The notes below the pieces were generated by a model. That model had not been told where the DNA came from. It ran no database searches and saw only the letters and a list, made by a program, of their open reading frames with translations. 64,000 bases of DNA from Eledone cirrhosa (lineage: Eukaryota): contig OZ024747.1 of assembly GCA_964016885.1 (NCBI GenBank), positions 91,264,001 through 91,328,000 of the forward strand, in the 5' to 3' direction. Below, one piece after another: positions 12,851-28,001 of the stretch; within the stretch, counting starts at the first letter, position 1; the number at the start of each line of letters is the position of its first letter. A program made the position numbers and the translations under genes.

Positions 12851-13790
12851 ATATATTATATATAATATATATATATATATATTATATATATATATATATT
12901 ATATATAATATATATATATATATATTATATATAATATATATATATATATATTATATATAATATATATATATATATATTATATATAATATATATATATATA
13001 TTATATATAATATATATATATATATTATATATAATATATATATATATATATTATATATAATATATATATATATATATTATATATAATATATATATGTATA
13101 TATTATATATATATATGTATATGTATATATTATATATAATATATGTATATGTATATGTATATATTATATATAATATATATATATGTATATATTATATATA
13201 AGGGCGGTAGATTGGCAGTATCGGTTGAGGGTCGGACGCCATGCTTTGCAGCATAGTTACGTCCCTTTACTGATTGAGTTCAAATCCCGCCGAGGTTAAC
13301 TTTGCCTTTCATCCTTACGGGGTGGATAAAATAAAGTACCAGTAATACACTGGGGTAATTTCTGGCCTTGTGCCAAAAGTAGAAACAATTATATATAATA
13401 TATATGTATATGTATATATAATATATATATGTGTATATGTATATGTATATATTATATATAATATATATGTGTATATGTATATGTATATGTTATATATAAT
13501 ATATATATGTATATGTATATATGTATATATATATTATATATAATATATATATATGTATATATATATTATATATAATATATATATATATATGTATATGTAT
13601 ATATTATATATAATATATACATATGTATATATTATATATAATATATATATATGTATATTTTATATATATTATATATAATATATACATATATATATATATA
13701 TATGTATATATTATATATATAATATATAATATATATATATATCTATATGTGTGTATGTGTATATGTATATGTATATGTATATAGGTATGT
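12636..13790. repeat. (TA)n / (TATATTATATAATA)n low-complexity tract
   Basis: Direct reading. Confidence 0.95.
13201..13392 (+). mobile_element. SINE S1, full length
   Basis: agggcggtagattggcagtatcgg...gtagaaacaattat. Confidence 0.9.
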
Positions 13791-14619
13791 GTCCCTGAAA
13801 TAGCATACACAGAAGTTGGATTTATCAAGATAAATATGTATGTATTCATCATAGAGCATTTGAAGATTACAAATGCCAAACAACTGCTGGATGCTGTGTT
13901 AGCAGAATTTTATATGCATAAGCCTGTCGCTATATATATATGTGTATGTATGTGTATATATATGTGTGTGTATGTATATGCATGTATGTGCATGTATATA
14001 TATTTATATGTATAATCAGTTCCTGATTATTTACTAGAATTCTATAAGAACCAAACATCCATGATTTCAGCATCAATAAATGCGAAACAAGGCCTTGTCA
14101 GCTTTATCTCCCCCTGTTTGCTGAAATTAAAGTAAGCGAGTCTGTGACTACTCTAAAACAATAGCATAAGTTCTTCGAAATGCTTTTAATTAAGCATACA
14201 GTGTATTGCAAAATACATTATATATACATTCATATATATATATAGCTATTTCAGAGCACCAATTCTAATTTATATATATATATATATATACACACATCTG
14301 TATCTTTTTCTCAGAATATATATTTCATTTACCTCCTGACTTCTTGTATATACATGCATATTTAAACACACAAACATATGTACGTGTTTCTTCTGTTTAT
14401 TTTCATATTTGAAAGATTAGGCCAAGTCATTAAAACTACATCTATAACATATACCAGCAACAACCAATGAAAAATATGCCTGGAATGGATTTCTCCTTTC
14501 TAGAATTATCATCGTGTGTAATGAAAACCTTAAAACTGTTATTTAAAAAAAAGATAATCTATATTAGCTGCAGGTTTTATTATAGACATTTGAATTTGCT
14601 GAAACAACCAGCACTATTA

Positions 14620-14743
14620 CCACCACGCACACACCGTCACCAGCACCAGCCCACAGCACCGCCGCCGCCAGCACTGCCGCCACCAGCACCACCGCCGCCG
14701 GCACCACCGCCGCCGGAACCACCAGCACCACCGCCACCAGCAC
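14620..14743. repeat. (CCG/CCA)n trinucleotide-type repeat
   Basis: caccagcaccgccgccg units, abutting a SINE fragment. Confidence 0.85.
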
Positions 14744-14860
14744 CGTAAGGCTGAAAGGCAAAGTTAACCTCGGCAGGATTTGAACTCGGACCGTAAAGGG
14801 GCGTAACTCTATGCTGCAAAGCATGGTGTCCGACCTCTACCAATACTGACAATTCACCGC
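14744..14860 (-). mobile_element. SINE S1, 5' part
   Basis: Matches S1 consensus. Confidence 0.85.
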
Positions 14861-15259
14861 ACTTGCTGGAAATAATATAATGTGCAACAAAATGTTTACA
14901 CACGCACGCACGCACATACTTGTTTGTGTGTATGTCTCTGTGTGTGTGTGTGATTGTATGTCTGTATGTATATTTCTATGCATCACGAATTTCATATACT
15001 CAATTGGAGAAAGAAAACGGTTTACACTCGTTACCCTCGGTCACTTACATATACATAGTTACACTCATGTTCACAGAAACACAGGGATTAGCTTCGTACA
15101 TATGCTGCCATATCTCTACGACACAATCGACACATACACACACAAACACACACAACACATTCATTTATACATACATGCATACATGCATACATGCATGCAT
15201 GCATATATACATACATACACGCTGAGGAGTACTATAATGACCTAATATTATATTTATTC

Positions 15260-15557
15260 AAGGTTAACTTTGCCTTTCATTCTTACGGGGTCGATAAAAT
15301 AAAGTACCAGTAATGCACTGGGTAATTGCTGGCCTTGTGCCAAAAGAAGAAACAATTATATTTATTTAAGGGCGGTTTTTTGTCAGTATCGGTAGAGCGT
15401 CAGACCCATGTTTTGCAGCATAGTTATGGTCCTTTGCGTTCTGAGTTCAAATCCCGCTGAAGTTAACTTTGCCTTTCATTCTTACGGGGTCGATAACATA
15501 AAGTACCAGTAATGCACTGAAATAATTGTTGGCCTTGTCTCAAAAGTAGAAACAATA
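15260..15557 (+). mobile_element. Two tandem SINE S1 copies (5'-truncated + full)
   Basis: Flanked and separated by three copies of (at)tatatttatt(c/t)aag. Confidence 0.88.
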
Positions 15558-16476
15558 TATTTATTCAAGTATTTCACTCCTTATGCGGCATCCCTTCATG
15601 TAAAGGTATTCAGTTCCAACACTCCAGGTTGTTCAATTGTGAGGATTCCTGTACATTTCCTCATTGGCTCCTTGATTGTTCTCCGTCCCGATACATTTAT
15701 TGCTATCAACGCGCTAGTTATACGTCAGTAAAGGGCTATTTAGCTTTCTAAGACATCACCCTCTTCTAATGCAAAATATAGCAAAGTAGTTTTTTTTGCG
15801 AAACAAACCGACAGACAAATCATTCCTTTCTCAATTATATCATATATTTATGCTTCATCTATCAAAATAAAATATCTATCGTTGTCTTATCCAGTGCTAT
15901 GTCTTAACTGCCAGGTTAAATGTAACAAATAACGCCGTGTCCCCCGCTTCTAGATAGAACAGGGTGTTAGAAACTAACATACGACGTTACTGATGAGAAC
16001 TCAACACCTTAACGCATCTTTTGTATTCTAACTGTTAAACTGAAGGGTGGTGTCCCAGCATGGCCTCAGCCGGATGGCTGGAACAGGTAAAAGAGTAAAC
16101 TGCTGATATAATATGCACCGTATAACTGTTGGAAGGTTTCAGTTACATTTAAGTGACCTAGTATCCATTTGACATGATGGATAGTGCTGAATTATCTGTG
16201 CTTCAGGTAATATGACTAATCGAATCTGTTAATGACTTCTGATGCTTGCTCTTCCAATACAAGTTATATATTTTCTCGTGGCTTTTCTTCATTTCAGTTA
16301 CTGTGGATATTTCCCCCCTCTTGCTTAATTCACGAAATAAGTTTGCACTTTTTTCTCTTGACATTCATAGTGTTACAAATGTCCATACTCCTCTAGATCT
16401 CTCGGTTTCAACTGATGCATTTGTAGATCATACTCCCGTTTTTATTAGATGTTATATTGTAACTATTATTTCAGTA

Positions 16477-16667
16477 AGGGCGGTGGATTGACAGTATCGG
16501 TAGAGGGTCGGACGCCATGCTTTACAGCATACTTATGTCCCTTTACGTTCTGAGTTCAAATCCTTCCGAGGTTAAGTTTGCCTTTTATCCTTACGGGGTC
16601 GATAAAATAAAGTACCAGTAATGCACTGGGGTAATTGCTGGCCTTGTGCCAAAGTAGAAACAATTAT
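16477..16667 (+). mobile_element. SINE S1
   Basis: Full copy, TSD attatttca. Confidence 0.9.
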
Positions 16668-17150
16668 TTCAATGACGAATTTTAACTGATTCAGAGGTGG
16701 CTCAAACGATAAATCGACGTTGGATGTGATAGTTACAACATTTAGTAAAACAACATACAACTAATCTTGTGATGTTCTGCGCTTGCAAAAAGTAATGCAA
16801 CAATGCAAATAATGCTTCGTAGTTTGCAACTTTTATTTTACAGCATTTAGTTTAACCTCTCTACGTTAAAATCTAGCCTTGGCTTCTTTCGATATTATAG
16901 ATTAAATAACTAGAATGTATTGTCGTCGATACAGTTGTCTACAGTCGTCTACTAACAGTTTATCCTTGTTTTAACGTGTCCTAACGTGATAAATTAATAC
17001 TATTTAATACTATTGTCGTTACAGTGACATAATACAAGTCGCAGTTATGTATAGATTCAAACGGCAGTTATATTTCTTTGAGTTTAAGCTGCACTGTTGA
17101 TTTTTTTTCTTTCTTCTATTTGTCGTTGATAAATTAAGGAGAGGATCAAT

Positions 17151-17521
17151 ATAATTGTTTCTACTATTGGCACAAGGCCAGCAATTATTCCAGTGTATTA
17201 CTGGTACTTTATTTTATCGACCCCATAAGGATGAAAGGCAAAGTTAACCTCGGCGAGATTTGAAACCAGATCGTAAAGGGCCGTAACACTTTGCTGTAAA
17301 GCATGACGTCAGCACCTCCACCGATACTGCCAAATAATTGTTTCTACTTTAGGCACAAGGCCAGCAAATGACCCAGTACATTACTGGTATTTTATTTTAT
17401 TGACCCCGTAAGGATGAAAGGCAAAGTTAACCTCGGCGGGATTTGAACTCAGACTGTAAAGGGACGTAACTATGCTAGAAAGTATGGCGTCCAACCCTCT
17501 ACCGATACTGCCAATTCACCG
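17151..17521 (-). mobile_element. Two tandem SINE S1 copies
   Basis: Head-to-tail, junction ~17333. Confidence 0.9.
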
Positions 17522-19434
17522 ATAGTACTTCTTCCCTATAAATGCGTGACCTTGAAAAAAAATCTTTGTTAATGATTTGGAAATTGATATTGGTTTTTCC
17601 TTTTGTTGCCAACTGTCCCGCCAATATTGTCATTGTTACCATTACTTTTATTATGTTTGTTTTTTCCCTTATTGTTTCCCTTGTTGATTTGTTGATTTAT
17701 TGTTTTCTATAGTGTAAAGAACATACTACATACAAACACACTATAAATTGAAAGGTCTTTTGCCGATAAAAATATCATGTTGCAAAAATTGCTGCTGATT
17801 CTGATGATGATGAACTGGTGGGAACAGTGTTAAATATAAGGAGAATACATAGCAACAGACAGAGACGAGAGTGATACATTAAATGACAAAGACGGAGTGG
17901 CTAGTAAGATATCATGTCACAAAGAATGTTTGATAGACGGTGATAATGTCAATGTGATAAATAGTCTATATATGAAAAAAAGAAAGCAACAAATAGTGAT
18001 TACATATGTGTGACAAAATGTGTGTATAAAAGGTGGTGGGACGTTGTTGGTGTATGTATATTTGTTTTATTATTCATGATATTATGGCATGTTTTTACGT
18101 GTTAAATTGGGGAAGTGTTTATATATAGATGTCATGAATGTGCATGTTTTATGTGTGATATGGGATAATGTTTATATGTATGAGATATCTTTGAGGATGA
18201 ATATATGTTTTACATATGATGATATTTATGCGTAACATGATCATTTACATATACATGTGTGGCAAATGTGGATGTTTGTATACAAATATAATCATTGTGT
18301 AGCACATGATCATTTATGGGTAATATAAAATGATACAAGTATGACAAAAGCATGTATCTGTGGCAAGAACAAAATACACAATAAAAGATAGCTAAAGATA
18401 GCTATTTTATGACAAATATTACAACATAAGGAATAAGGAAATGTGAAACAAAAAGATACTGAATTGGAACAGGAGAGTAAGATTTGTTGAGAAATAACTA
18501 AAAAGTAAAGCATTGGGATAGCAGGTAAAGTAAAATTAAATGTTGTTATATAGTCTAAAATGTTAGCTCATGAGTTTGAAGTTTTCTGAGTTACAGTCGC
18601 AAAAAGATATAAGAGCTAGCAGGATTGTCATTGAATGGAAAAAAGGAAAGCAGAATTATCGTTTAGTCAAAATATGTAGAATACTTTTAGATGTAAATAT
18701 GATACAATGCACCCTCTTGACGAGAAACACTGGAGAATATGTCCGCCGTAGGCTTCTCAGTTCAGCATTGTTTATTAACGAAGAGAAATGCTTTTACTAA
18801 AGTTTAAATTCAGATTTGAAATATATATTTCCTTTTGTTTTTGTTCGGTTTGTTTATTACAAATGTAAATGGGATCGTTTTACCATTCTATACTTTACAA
18901 CACTAATATATCTGGAGCCAAAATAAAATATTTTTATTGATTGTTTAGAACGGAAAACAAACAAACAGGCCCATGTTCCTCATTTTACTATAATGAAAAG
19001 ATTTTCGTTTGAATATTCATTCTATCAACAGCAATATTTTACACATAAATGGCGCCTTGCCGGAGACATTACCGAATTTACTTAAGATGCTGGTTATCAT
19101 AAAATATGAAGAACTGATAAAAGATATTACAGTAGCGTTTTGATTATAATCATTATGTTCTAAATGATGGTCAAAAGTAATAGACAATCTGAATTCATTA
19201 AAAATAATTCATTCTGATTATCTTGAAATCAATCTTCTAAAATCTATACACAATCAAAATATATTTTAGTTATCTTTACAGAAAGTGTTACAGACAACGT
19301 TAGTAATGCGAGAAGAATGTAATTTCAGTTTGTAACTGGAGAGAGGACTCAATCTTCTACGTACTTTGAACCAAGCAATTCGAATAAATACAATATGTCT
19401 TATTTGCAATGTCATTCTATCTACATATAACCAC

Positions 19435-19695
19435 AGAGAGGGACACACACAGAGAGCGACACAGAGAGAGAGAGACACACACAGAGAGGGACACGCACAG
19501 ATAGACATGAACAGAGAGGGACACGCACAGAGAGGGAGACACACAGAGAGGGACACGCACAGAGAGACATGCACAGAGAGGGATACGCACAGATAGACAT
19601 GAACAGAGAGGGACACACACAGAGAGGGACACACAGAGAAGCACACGCAGAGAGAGGGACACACACGCACACATGCACGCGCACACACGCACACA
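19435..19695. repeat. acagagagggacac(g/a)c minisatellite
   Basis: Direct reading. Confidence 0.85.
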
Positions 19696-19853
19696 TAATG
19701 GCTGCTTCTTGGTTTCCAGAATTGCCATCTCTTAACCCTTTTTTCATACGGAGATGACATGAACATAACTTTATATTTCTGCCATAACTTAGATTTCTTC
19801 CTTCATATGATGCAGTGAAAGTAAAAAGAAAAAAGCCATGCTCCTGCAACACA

Positions 19854-21295
19854 CAGTGCCGGATTTAAACCCTGAGGGACCCGGAGCACGATTGGCCTGG
19901 TACTCGCCCCTCTGACACAAAAATTATAATATACAGCAAACCCACAAATTTACACATCGCCCCTGTTTATTGCATGTAATTGGGATTGAGAACTTAAACA
20001 TACATACAAATGTTAAATGTGAAAAACCTGACCAGTAATACATAAAATATAGAAATAGATTCATACATAAACATTCATTGGAAATATACATAATATATAC
20101 GCCTAAATGTTAAATGTTATACTAGTTAGTGTCAACGCTGCCACAAAGATTTTCGCAATTATACTAAAAGCTTAGGTCAAAACCTATCAAACCCAGCATA
20201 AGGTTATACGCATCGATCAATGCGAAACGCTACCAAAAGTAAGTGCAGTAACTTATACCTACTTATAGTGATATGTCTCACTATATTACTTACAAAACGT
20301 CTTTCGTTCCACATCTGAAAAATCTTAAGTGAAGTCATCAAACAGCATCATCCTGTAAGAAGAGAATACTTGTATTTTGTAAGACATCATGATCGCTAAT
20401 TTGCTGACGGATCTCTCTTCTGAACACTTACTATCATCCTCAAATACATTACAAGAACTACATCAACACTAAGAAGGTTATCAGCAAGCCATGGAGTAAT
20501 AGAGCCTGTTGAGATGGCCTGAAACATGACCTGAGCTTGGGAAACGCTGCAAAATAGACAATGTCTTCCATCAACACATAACTAAATTCACGTAAAAAAG
20601 CATATAAAAGTTTCCTAGCTTCAGTTCTCATCTTTGTATCAGATAAATTACATAATAGCTTCAATTGGTGCCTTCTTTTGTGAATCACAAAATAATTAGG
20701 TATTGAGAACCTCTAATATATATGTCTGTGTTTGATTGATGATTGATTTTCATGTCACCGTTGATATGATGCCATCGTTTCTGAATATTATAATTGTACT
20801 TTGAATTTCTGAAGTAACCCTCTATGGAAAGTATTATAAGTATTCAATTTGTATTTCTGAAGTAACCCTCTATGGAAAGTATTATAAGTATTCAATACAC
20901 AAATCATACAAATCGTGGATGCTTGCTTTGCTGCCTTTGTTTTGTCATTGAGATAGTGCATAAGTTCAAAGCCATAGGGAAATTATGTAATTTATCTGAT
21001 GCAAAAATAAGAACTGAAGCTAGGAAACTACGTGAATTTAGTTATGTGTTGATGGAAGACATTGTCTATTTTGCAGCATTTCCCAAGCCCGGGTCATGTC
21101 TCAGGCCATCTCAACAGGCTCTATTACTCCATGATAAATGACTTGCTGATAACTTTCTTAGTGTTGATGTAGTTCTTGTAATGTATTTGAGCTTGATAGT
21201 AAGTGTTCAGGAGAGAAATCCGCCAGCAAATGAGCGATCATGAAGATTTAACTAAGAATCATGATGTCTTACAAAATACAAAGTATTCTCTTCCT
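19854..21295. mobile_element. hAT (Tip100-like) transposon remnant with inverted duplication of the transposase C-terminal region
   Basis: TIR-like cagtgccggattta at 19854; ~20360-20655 is the reverse complement of ~20981-21292; decayed translation LADNFLSVDVVLVMYLSLIVS..ERS resembles the hAT dimerisation domain. Confidence 0.6.
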
Positions 21296-21496
21296 AATTC
21301 TGCTATTTTGTCTTGTAACACTCATTAATGTATATTCTGATATGTTAACTTATTGCTTTGTTATAAAATATGACTATTGTATTAGTTTACTTCACTTTAC
21401 TTGAAAACTATATCTTTACTGTTTGTGTTGTCCGGATGGGACAATGAAATCATTGTAAATCATACATTGTGCCAGCATTATTATATTAGCATGATA

Positions 21497-21897
21497 AGGG
21501 CGGTGGATTGGCAGTATCGGTAGGGGCTCGTATGCCATGCTTTGCAACATAGAGTTACGGCCCTTTATGATCTGAGTTCAAATACCCCCGAGGTTAACTT
21601 TGCCTTTCATCCTTACGGGGTCGATAAAATAAAGTACCTGTCACGCACTGGGGTCGATTTAATCAATATTCCCCTCCCGCAAAATTGCTGGCCTTGTGCC
21701 TATATAAGGCAGTGGATTGGCAATATCGGTAGAGAGTCGGATGCCATGCTTTGACTCATAATTACGGCCCTTGTCATTCTGAGTTCAAATCCCACCGAGG
21801 TTAACTTTGCCTTTCATCCTTACAGGGTCAATAAAATAAAGTACCAGTAATGCACTGGTTAATTGCTGGCCTAGTGCCAAAAATAGAAACAATTATT
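21497..21897 (+). mobile_element. Two tandem SINEs (long S1 subfamily then short S1)
   Basis: First copy has tcacgcactggggtcgatttaatc segment; outer TSD attattatattagcat. Confidence 0.9.
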
Positions 21898-23135
21898 ATA
21901 TTAGCATTATGCGTTCGTGTATTGTCAGAAGTAATCAATAGAACCTTACGGTTAGTGCCTTAGTCATTCAATAATTACATATCACTGTAATAAATGATAC
22001 TTGATTAGTTAGGGAACGTCGAACAATTAAGTATCCTTCTCGCGGACTCAACAAAATACTTGCATCGGTATATGAAAATATTTTATGTGAACCAAATCTC
22101 AGCTATGGAATATTATATTTTTATCAAGAAAAGAAGAAACTCTATGACATTCGTGCCGACATAAATATTGACACCAGATTACTGCTTCGGTCTGTAGAAA
22201 TACTATTTCAAGACTGTATGTCACGATGATAATCTTTAAACAGATGAAAGATAACAAATAATAGATATTTAACTTTCAATAGAATTATACCGCAAGTTCT
22301 GCTCATTCACAACTGGAAATTTCTGTTAAAATGCAAACACACCACAGTAAAGTGGATCAGCGAAGTAACATGGATGTAGAAGTAATAGCAGAATTCTCTA
22401 ATAGCATCCGGTAATCATACCTAAATGGAAATGTTGCCTTAAAATAAGTATATATTTCGTTGGTAATTACTCAGTTAATTGCATCGTTTCGTCGAAATTT
22501 AACCCTAATTTTCATTATGGATGAAACGATAGGCCAACAACAAAAAAGCAGCAATATAAAATTAAAGTTCAATTTAAGAATGATATAAAAAGAAAGAGAA
22601 GGAATTAATGAGAGATATAGAGAAGAAAGGTTTAGGGGAAATAAAGAAAAAACAAAACCAGAAAATATTTGGATGTAAACTCATTTAGTAGAGAAGAGAA
22701 AAATGGACAAATATAGAGAGAAGCATTGATACAAGTACGAAGTAGGAATCGACTAATAAATTCACAGATATAATAGATTGATAGGGTATAAGTGCGAGTT
22801 AGTGAAAGGGAGAAAATGAGAGAGGCGTAGAGTCATTTCATTGAATCCTCAAAATAAGTAAATTTTTTCGGCTTTTATTGTGTAGAAAACACGTCATTAT
22901 AGACAAAATTGAAGCGATCTTTTTGGTATATTTTTATATAAATTTATTCACAAACACAATACAAACAAATCGAAAGAAAGGCGAAGCGATTAATTTGCAT
23001 GAATTCACTCATCATCAGACTTCACCTCCAGCCTATAGTTTTTGCAGTCTCTTCTCTCCTTATTTTCTACCGCTAATACAATGGTTTTCTGCAAACTCTA
23101 TTGTCCTAATCTTTCCTCAAGACTAACGTATATAT

Positions 23136-23182
<47 letters not shown>

Positions 23183-23193
23183 CATATATATAT

Positions 23194-23378
23194 ATAATTG
23201 TTTCTACGTTAGGCACAAGGCCAGCAATTAACTAGTGTATTACTGGTACTTTATTTTATCGACCCCTTAAGGATGAAAGGCAAAGTTAACCTCGGCGGGA
23301 TTTGAACTCAGAATGGCAAGGGCCGTAACTCTATGCGTCAAAGCATGGCGACCGACCCTCTACCAATACTGCCAATCA
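23194..23378 (-). mobile_element. SINE S1
   Basis: Matches consensus; inserted in (TA)n. Confidence 0.9.
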
Positions 23379-23397
23379 TATATATATATATATATAT

Positions 23398-23688
<291 letters not shown>

Positions 23689-24146
23689 AGATATATATAT
23701 ATATATATAAGAGATATATATATATATATAAGAGATATATATATATATATATAAGAGATATATATATATATATAAGATATATATATATATATATAACATA
23801 CATACAGAGAGTGTGAATGTGTGAGTGAGTCTGCGGTGCAGAGACCGGGGAGACCAGAACTCATGGGAGTATTCGAAGAATGGGAATATGAAGAATGGGT
23901 TTAGAGGAAGATATAACCCGACTGCGACGTCGGGCACTTTCGGGTGGACACAAACTAAAACCACTTGGCGTCACGGTCAGGTTTATACCTTCTTTTCTCT
24001 CTCTCTCTCTCTCTTACACACACACACACCTTCCTCCCTCGCTACAGCTAAATACGTCCATGTTTTGAAGTATTCAAGTAATTGCCATTATGGAAGTTTG
24101 TAAATGAGTTCAGATGCGCAGCTTCGAATATAATTTAAATATTTAT

Positions 24147-24340
24147 AGATGTGTAGTGAAAGTTAGAAAGTTGGATTCACAACTATGACGTTGTGAGTTC
24201 GATTTCCGGGCCAGGTGATGTGTTCTGTTCTTTGTCAAGATATTTTATTTCACGTTCTTCAGTTTCATTCAGCTGTTGTCCGGGCTTGTGCTTCGGAGAG
24301 AAGCGTTCTAGGGGAAAAACCCATGGCCATTCACGACAGG
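24147..24340 (+). mobile_element. CORE-type tRNA-derived SINE (family S2), degenerate with internal deletion
   Basis: gttgtgagttcgatttcc B-box; colinear with 47394-47705. Confidence 0.65.
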
Positions 24341-24999
24341 ATGTGGGAGGGTGTCATTTTGCACCAATGAGAGGTTGCTTTATCAAACTATTTCTGTTAT
24401 TCGACTAAAGATATTCGCGGAAAATATCATGTAATTGGTGGGGGTCCCAGTGCTAATTCTCGTCAAAGTATGGCTCTTCCACCCCATACTCTTTATTCAG
24501 CGATACTTCCACTGTTCGAATTACGGCTAAAAACATCGCACAGTAGCTCTTAGCTCTGTCATCGGAATCCGCGTATTGTCTTCTGCCTCTCAAATACACG
24601 TTATTCCTGTTCCTTTAGATCAGTTCCACTACTAATGTCTCTTATTTTGCTACTCCGGAAAAGCAATTATCCTCGTAAAATATATTCAATTCAGGTTACA
24701 ATACTGCAATGACATGTAACATATTCGAGCTGTTTGACAGATTATAGATTTACTCTTTCTAGCATAAATTCCCTATCCTCTTAGTAAAGAATAAACAGTT
24801 TATGACTGCGTTGCCGTTTGAATAGGACTAACATGGTCACAGCTGCGTAGATATTATTCGTTGGTCGTCACGGCTCACTTGTCTTCCCTAATGATACTTA
24901 TAAATCGACATGTAAGTAAATATACACTTTGTAACTATGTTGGAACACGAATAAAATGTTTATTTTATATTTTAAAAGTAACATGTTGAACACTAAATG

Positions 25000-25187
25000 A
25001 TTGTCTACTTTTGGTACAAGGCCAGTAATTATCCCAGTGCATTACTTGTCCTTTATTTTATCAACCCCGTAAGGCTAAAAGGTAAAGTTAACCTCGGCGG
25101 ATTTGAACTCAGAGCGTAAAGGGGCGTAACTCTATGCTACAAAGCATGGCGCCCGATCCTCTACCGATACTGCCAATCCACCGCCCT
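25000..25187 (-). mobile_element. SINE S1
   Basis: Matches consensus; TSD ttga(a/g)cactaaa. Confidence 0.9.
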
Positions 25188-26351
25188 TGAGCACTAAACA
25201 AGGGCCACTATTTAATGCATTGCGAAATATATGTAAAAAGTTCGAAATCTAGAACATTTCCAAGGCCGCTTTTGTGAGACAGCATTTTCCGTAGGGGGTA
25301 TATTAGACTTCTCTAGGAAATATAGTTTATTTATCTTTGTTCTTATTAAAAATTCGTTTAAATAGCGGCGAGAACTAAAATATTCCTGTTATCCCTGTAA
25401 GGTTACTAGCCATTTTAATGAGATGTGATGTTAACAACTGAAAAGCGTGTTATTGTTTAGCACCAGAATAGTCCAAATTGGTCGGATTTATTATCAAAGG
25501 TGATCCAGCTCTGGTTATTACCGACCTTTGTATATTAGGGAGTATGTATTGCCCAATGAGTCCGTCATTGTTTAAACTATTTGGGAGTGATTTGAGCAGC
25601 CCCATGGAGTGTCTGTCAGCCCCATGGAGTGGGATGCGAGCAGCCCCACGGAGTGTCTGTCCTTGACTGTGTAGGTGTTGACACTGGCATATTGACACTG
25701 GCTTGTTGACACTACATATTTCCTATGTAGGGTGCTCTACACGACCGACCTTCAACAGATTTTCTGTATTAATCTTAACTTAGTATTTTAACATTTCTAA
25801 ATTCCAGTGATTATTATTGTCCATGTTAACTTATATTTACTAATGATGACGGATTATATAAGTTATGTTTAGTATAGTAATTGAACAATCCAATGATTCG
25901 AAATATCTAACCTTGTACAGCGAAAGTTTCCATTATGAGAAAGCTGACAGATGTCACATGTAATAATTTTTGTTTAAACCATTTGTATTCAGGTTCATCT
26001 AGGACTTTATCGATTTTAACCCAGATCAATTGTTTAATGCAGATGCTATTTTACTGCAAGCTGACGAGTAGGTATCAATGCCTGTTTCTCAAGCGGACAA
26101 GTATTGATAATATGATCGTTATTAAAAGAGATTTTTTTTTGTGATTAAATTAATCTCAACTGCCAACCGGATATTGAGTTTATACCGTCCAGTAACTCGT
26201 TCCAGTGCATTATATTCTATTAGTGTCAGTTATTGAAGGGTTTAGTCGATCATATCAACCCCAGGACATATTTTGAAGTCTGGTATTTATTTTATTGTTT
26301 TTTTTATTGTTAAACAACACAAATATACAGTTACAAGAACACACGCATATG

Positions 26352-26417
<66 letters not shown>

Positions 26418-26487
26418 GACAGTGTAGAAATTCGTTAGTTTTATACACTCACGCAATATATATATATATATATAAATAAACAAATAA

Positions 26488-27050
26488 AGCCCGCATGGCT
26501 AAGTCTTTAAAAGTAGAATTCAAACTAGAGGGACACAGGACAAACACAATGGAAAAAACAACTAAAATACGGACCGTCCCAGCTGATCAGTCAACCTCAA
26601 GAAATCACTATCGTTTCAGTTCATTATTATCGATACCATTCATTCCAGTGCATATTGAGAGGTAACAAAACAGATAAAGACAATGACAGGACAGGACAAG
26701 TTATGCCTTTCGGCGAATTACACATACATAGATAAAAAAGAATCCCAAGTGTGCCAATTGACAAAGAAAGGGCGAGAGTGGTGCGGAGTGGAATAGCCAA
26801 TGGAGAAAATAAATATGGAAAGAAGAGAAAAGAATAATATAGACTGTATTCCAGCGTACAAACAAATAAGAATGTCACTGGTGTATTGAAAAGGTAAGAA
26901 GTATAGAAGACAGACCTGGCAGTGGGACGTCTATTATGTTAGTTTTAAGAGAGGCCCGCATGGCTGCCTTTAGAATATGGATTTAAAATAGGGAGCACAT
27001 AGGACAAAGATAATGGAAAAACAATGGACAGGATAAAACGGACAGTCATA
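26488..27050 (-). repeat. Diverged direct repeats (26488-26580 / 26953-27050), pLTR-like
   Basis: gcccgcatggct...caggacaaa..aatggaaaaa...acggac.gtc in both copies. Confidence 0.5.
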
Positions 27051-27202
27051 TCTCCTGGGCTTCTTTTGAAACTAACCAGGCTTTAATACATATATGCATA
27101 TAGAAACAAATACAATTTAAGTTGATAAATAAAAAACAATACTCACATAAAAATACGTTAGGCTTTTGATACTGCGTGAGATATGTATTCAAGCAAAGAC
27201 TT

Positions 27203-27339
27203 AAACATACTGACGAAGCGAATCATGGTCTTAATTGAGTTTTCACTATAATCAATGGCTAGTGATCGATACTAATCATTGTAATTGATAGTGAATTTTC
27301 ATTTCTCTTTGGTCCCCAGAAACAGATCTGTCTATGATT
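27203..27339 (+). ncRNA. Hammerhead ribozyme motif with ~100-nt stem II domain and GUC cleavage triplet
   Basis: aaacata-CTGACGA(27210-27216)-...tggtcccca-GAAA(27319-27322)-ca gatc tg-T-C-tatgatt. Confidence 0.7.
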
Positions 27340-28001
27340 GGATGGTCATATTTGGAAGTACGGCCATTTAAATATAACTTATTTGTTATAGAAATGTTAT
27401 ATGACATAATTTTATTTATGGAATATATCATGTAAATACAGTTTAATAGAAAAAGAAAATTTAGATTGAGAAGAATGGAATGTGAAATGGGAATATATAG
27501 AGAAAAAAAGAGAAAAATAAGATAAAACGGGAAGGGCGGGGAAGGGCAAGAACTCTGTCATAGAAGAATGGGGAGTGTCACAGAAGAATGAGGAGGGGGA
27601 AGGGCGAAGATGATTGGTCTCTAGGCTTATATGTATTAAAGCCTGGTTATTTTCTCAATATATTTCTATACATCGTTTTAAATTATTTTATATTATGGAT
27701 GCTCCAAACAAAAATTTTATTGAGCTTTTTTTGAGAAACATTATACATATTCTGTATGTATCGATTAAACCTAAAATTAAATTGTTTATGCTCCTAATTT
27801 CTCTAAATTAGCCTTGAACTGACTGCAGTGGATTCGCCTGGAGCTCTTCCTAGCACTACTTAAGGCTTGTTCCGTTTGCCTGCCCTTTTCTCTGTAACTC
27901 TACGTTATAATTTACATCACATGGAAAATATGTATTTAAATATCATCCCCAGAAGGTAGAGATTAGGCTTTTGATAGAGTGCGAGATATATATATATATA
28001 T

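Noticed and set aside
13201-13290. tRNA genes at SINE 5' ends
   Set aside because: Only A/B boxes; always continue into the SINE body and tail with TSDs.
14467-14748. Proline-rich ORF (APPPP repeats)
   Set aside because: Produced by a CCG/CCA repeat; ends at a SINE junction.
15989-16020. CTGATGAG as a hammerhead
   Set aside because: No stem II or GAAA downstream; likewise 7903 (ctgaaga) and 17801 (ctgatga).
25450-25698. 82-aa and 62-aa overlapping ORFs
   Set aside because: No motif; includes a short local triplication (cagccccatggagtg).
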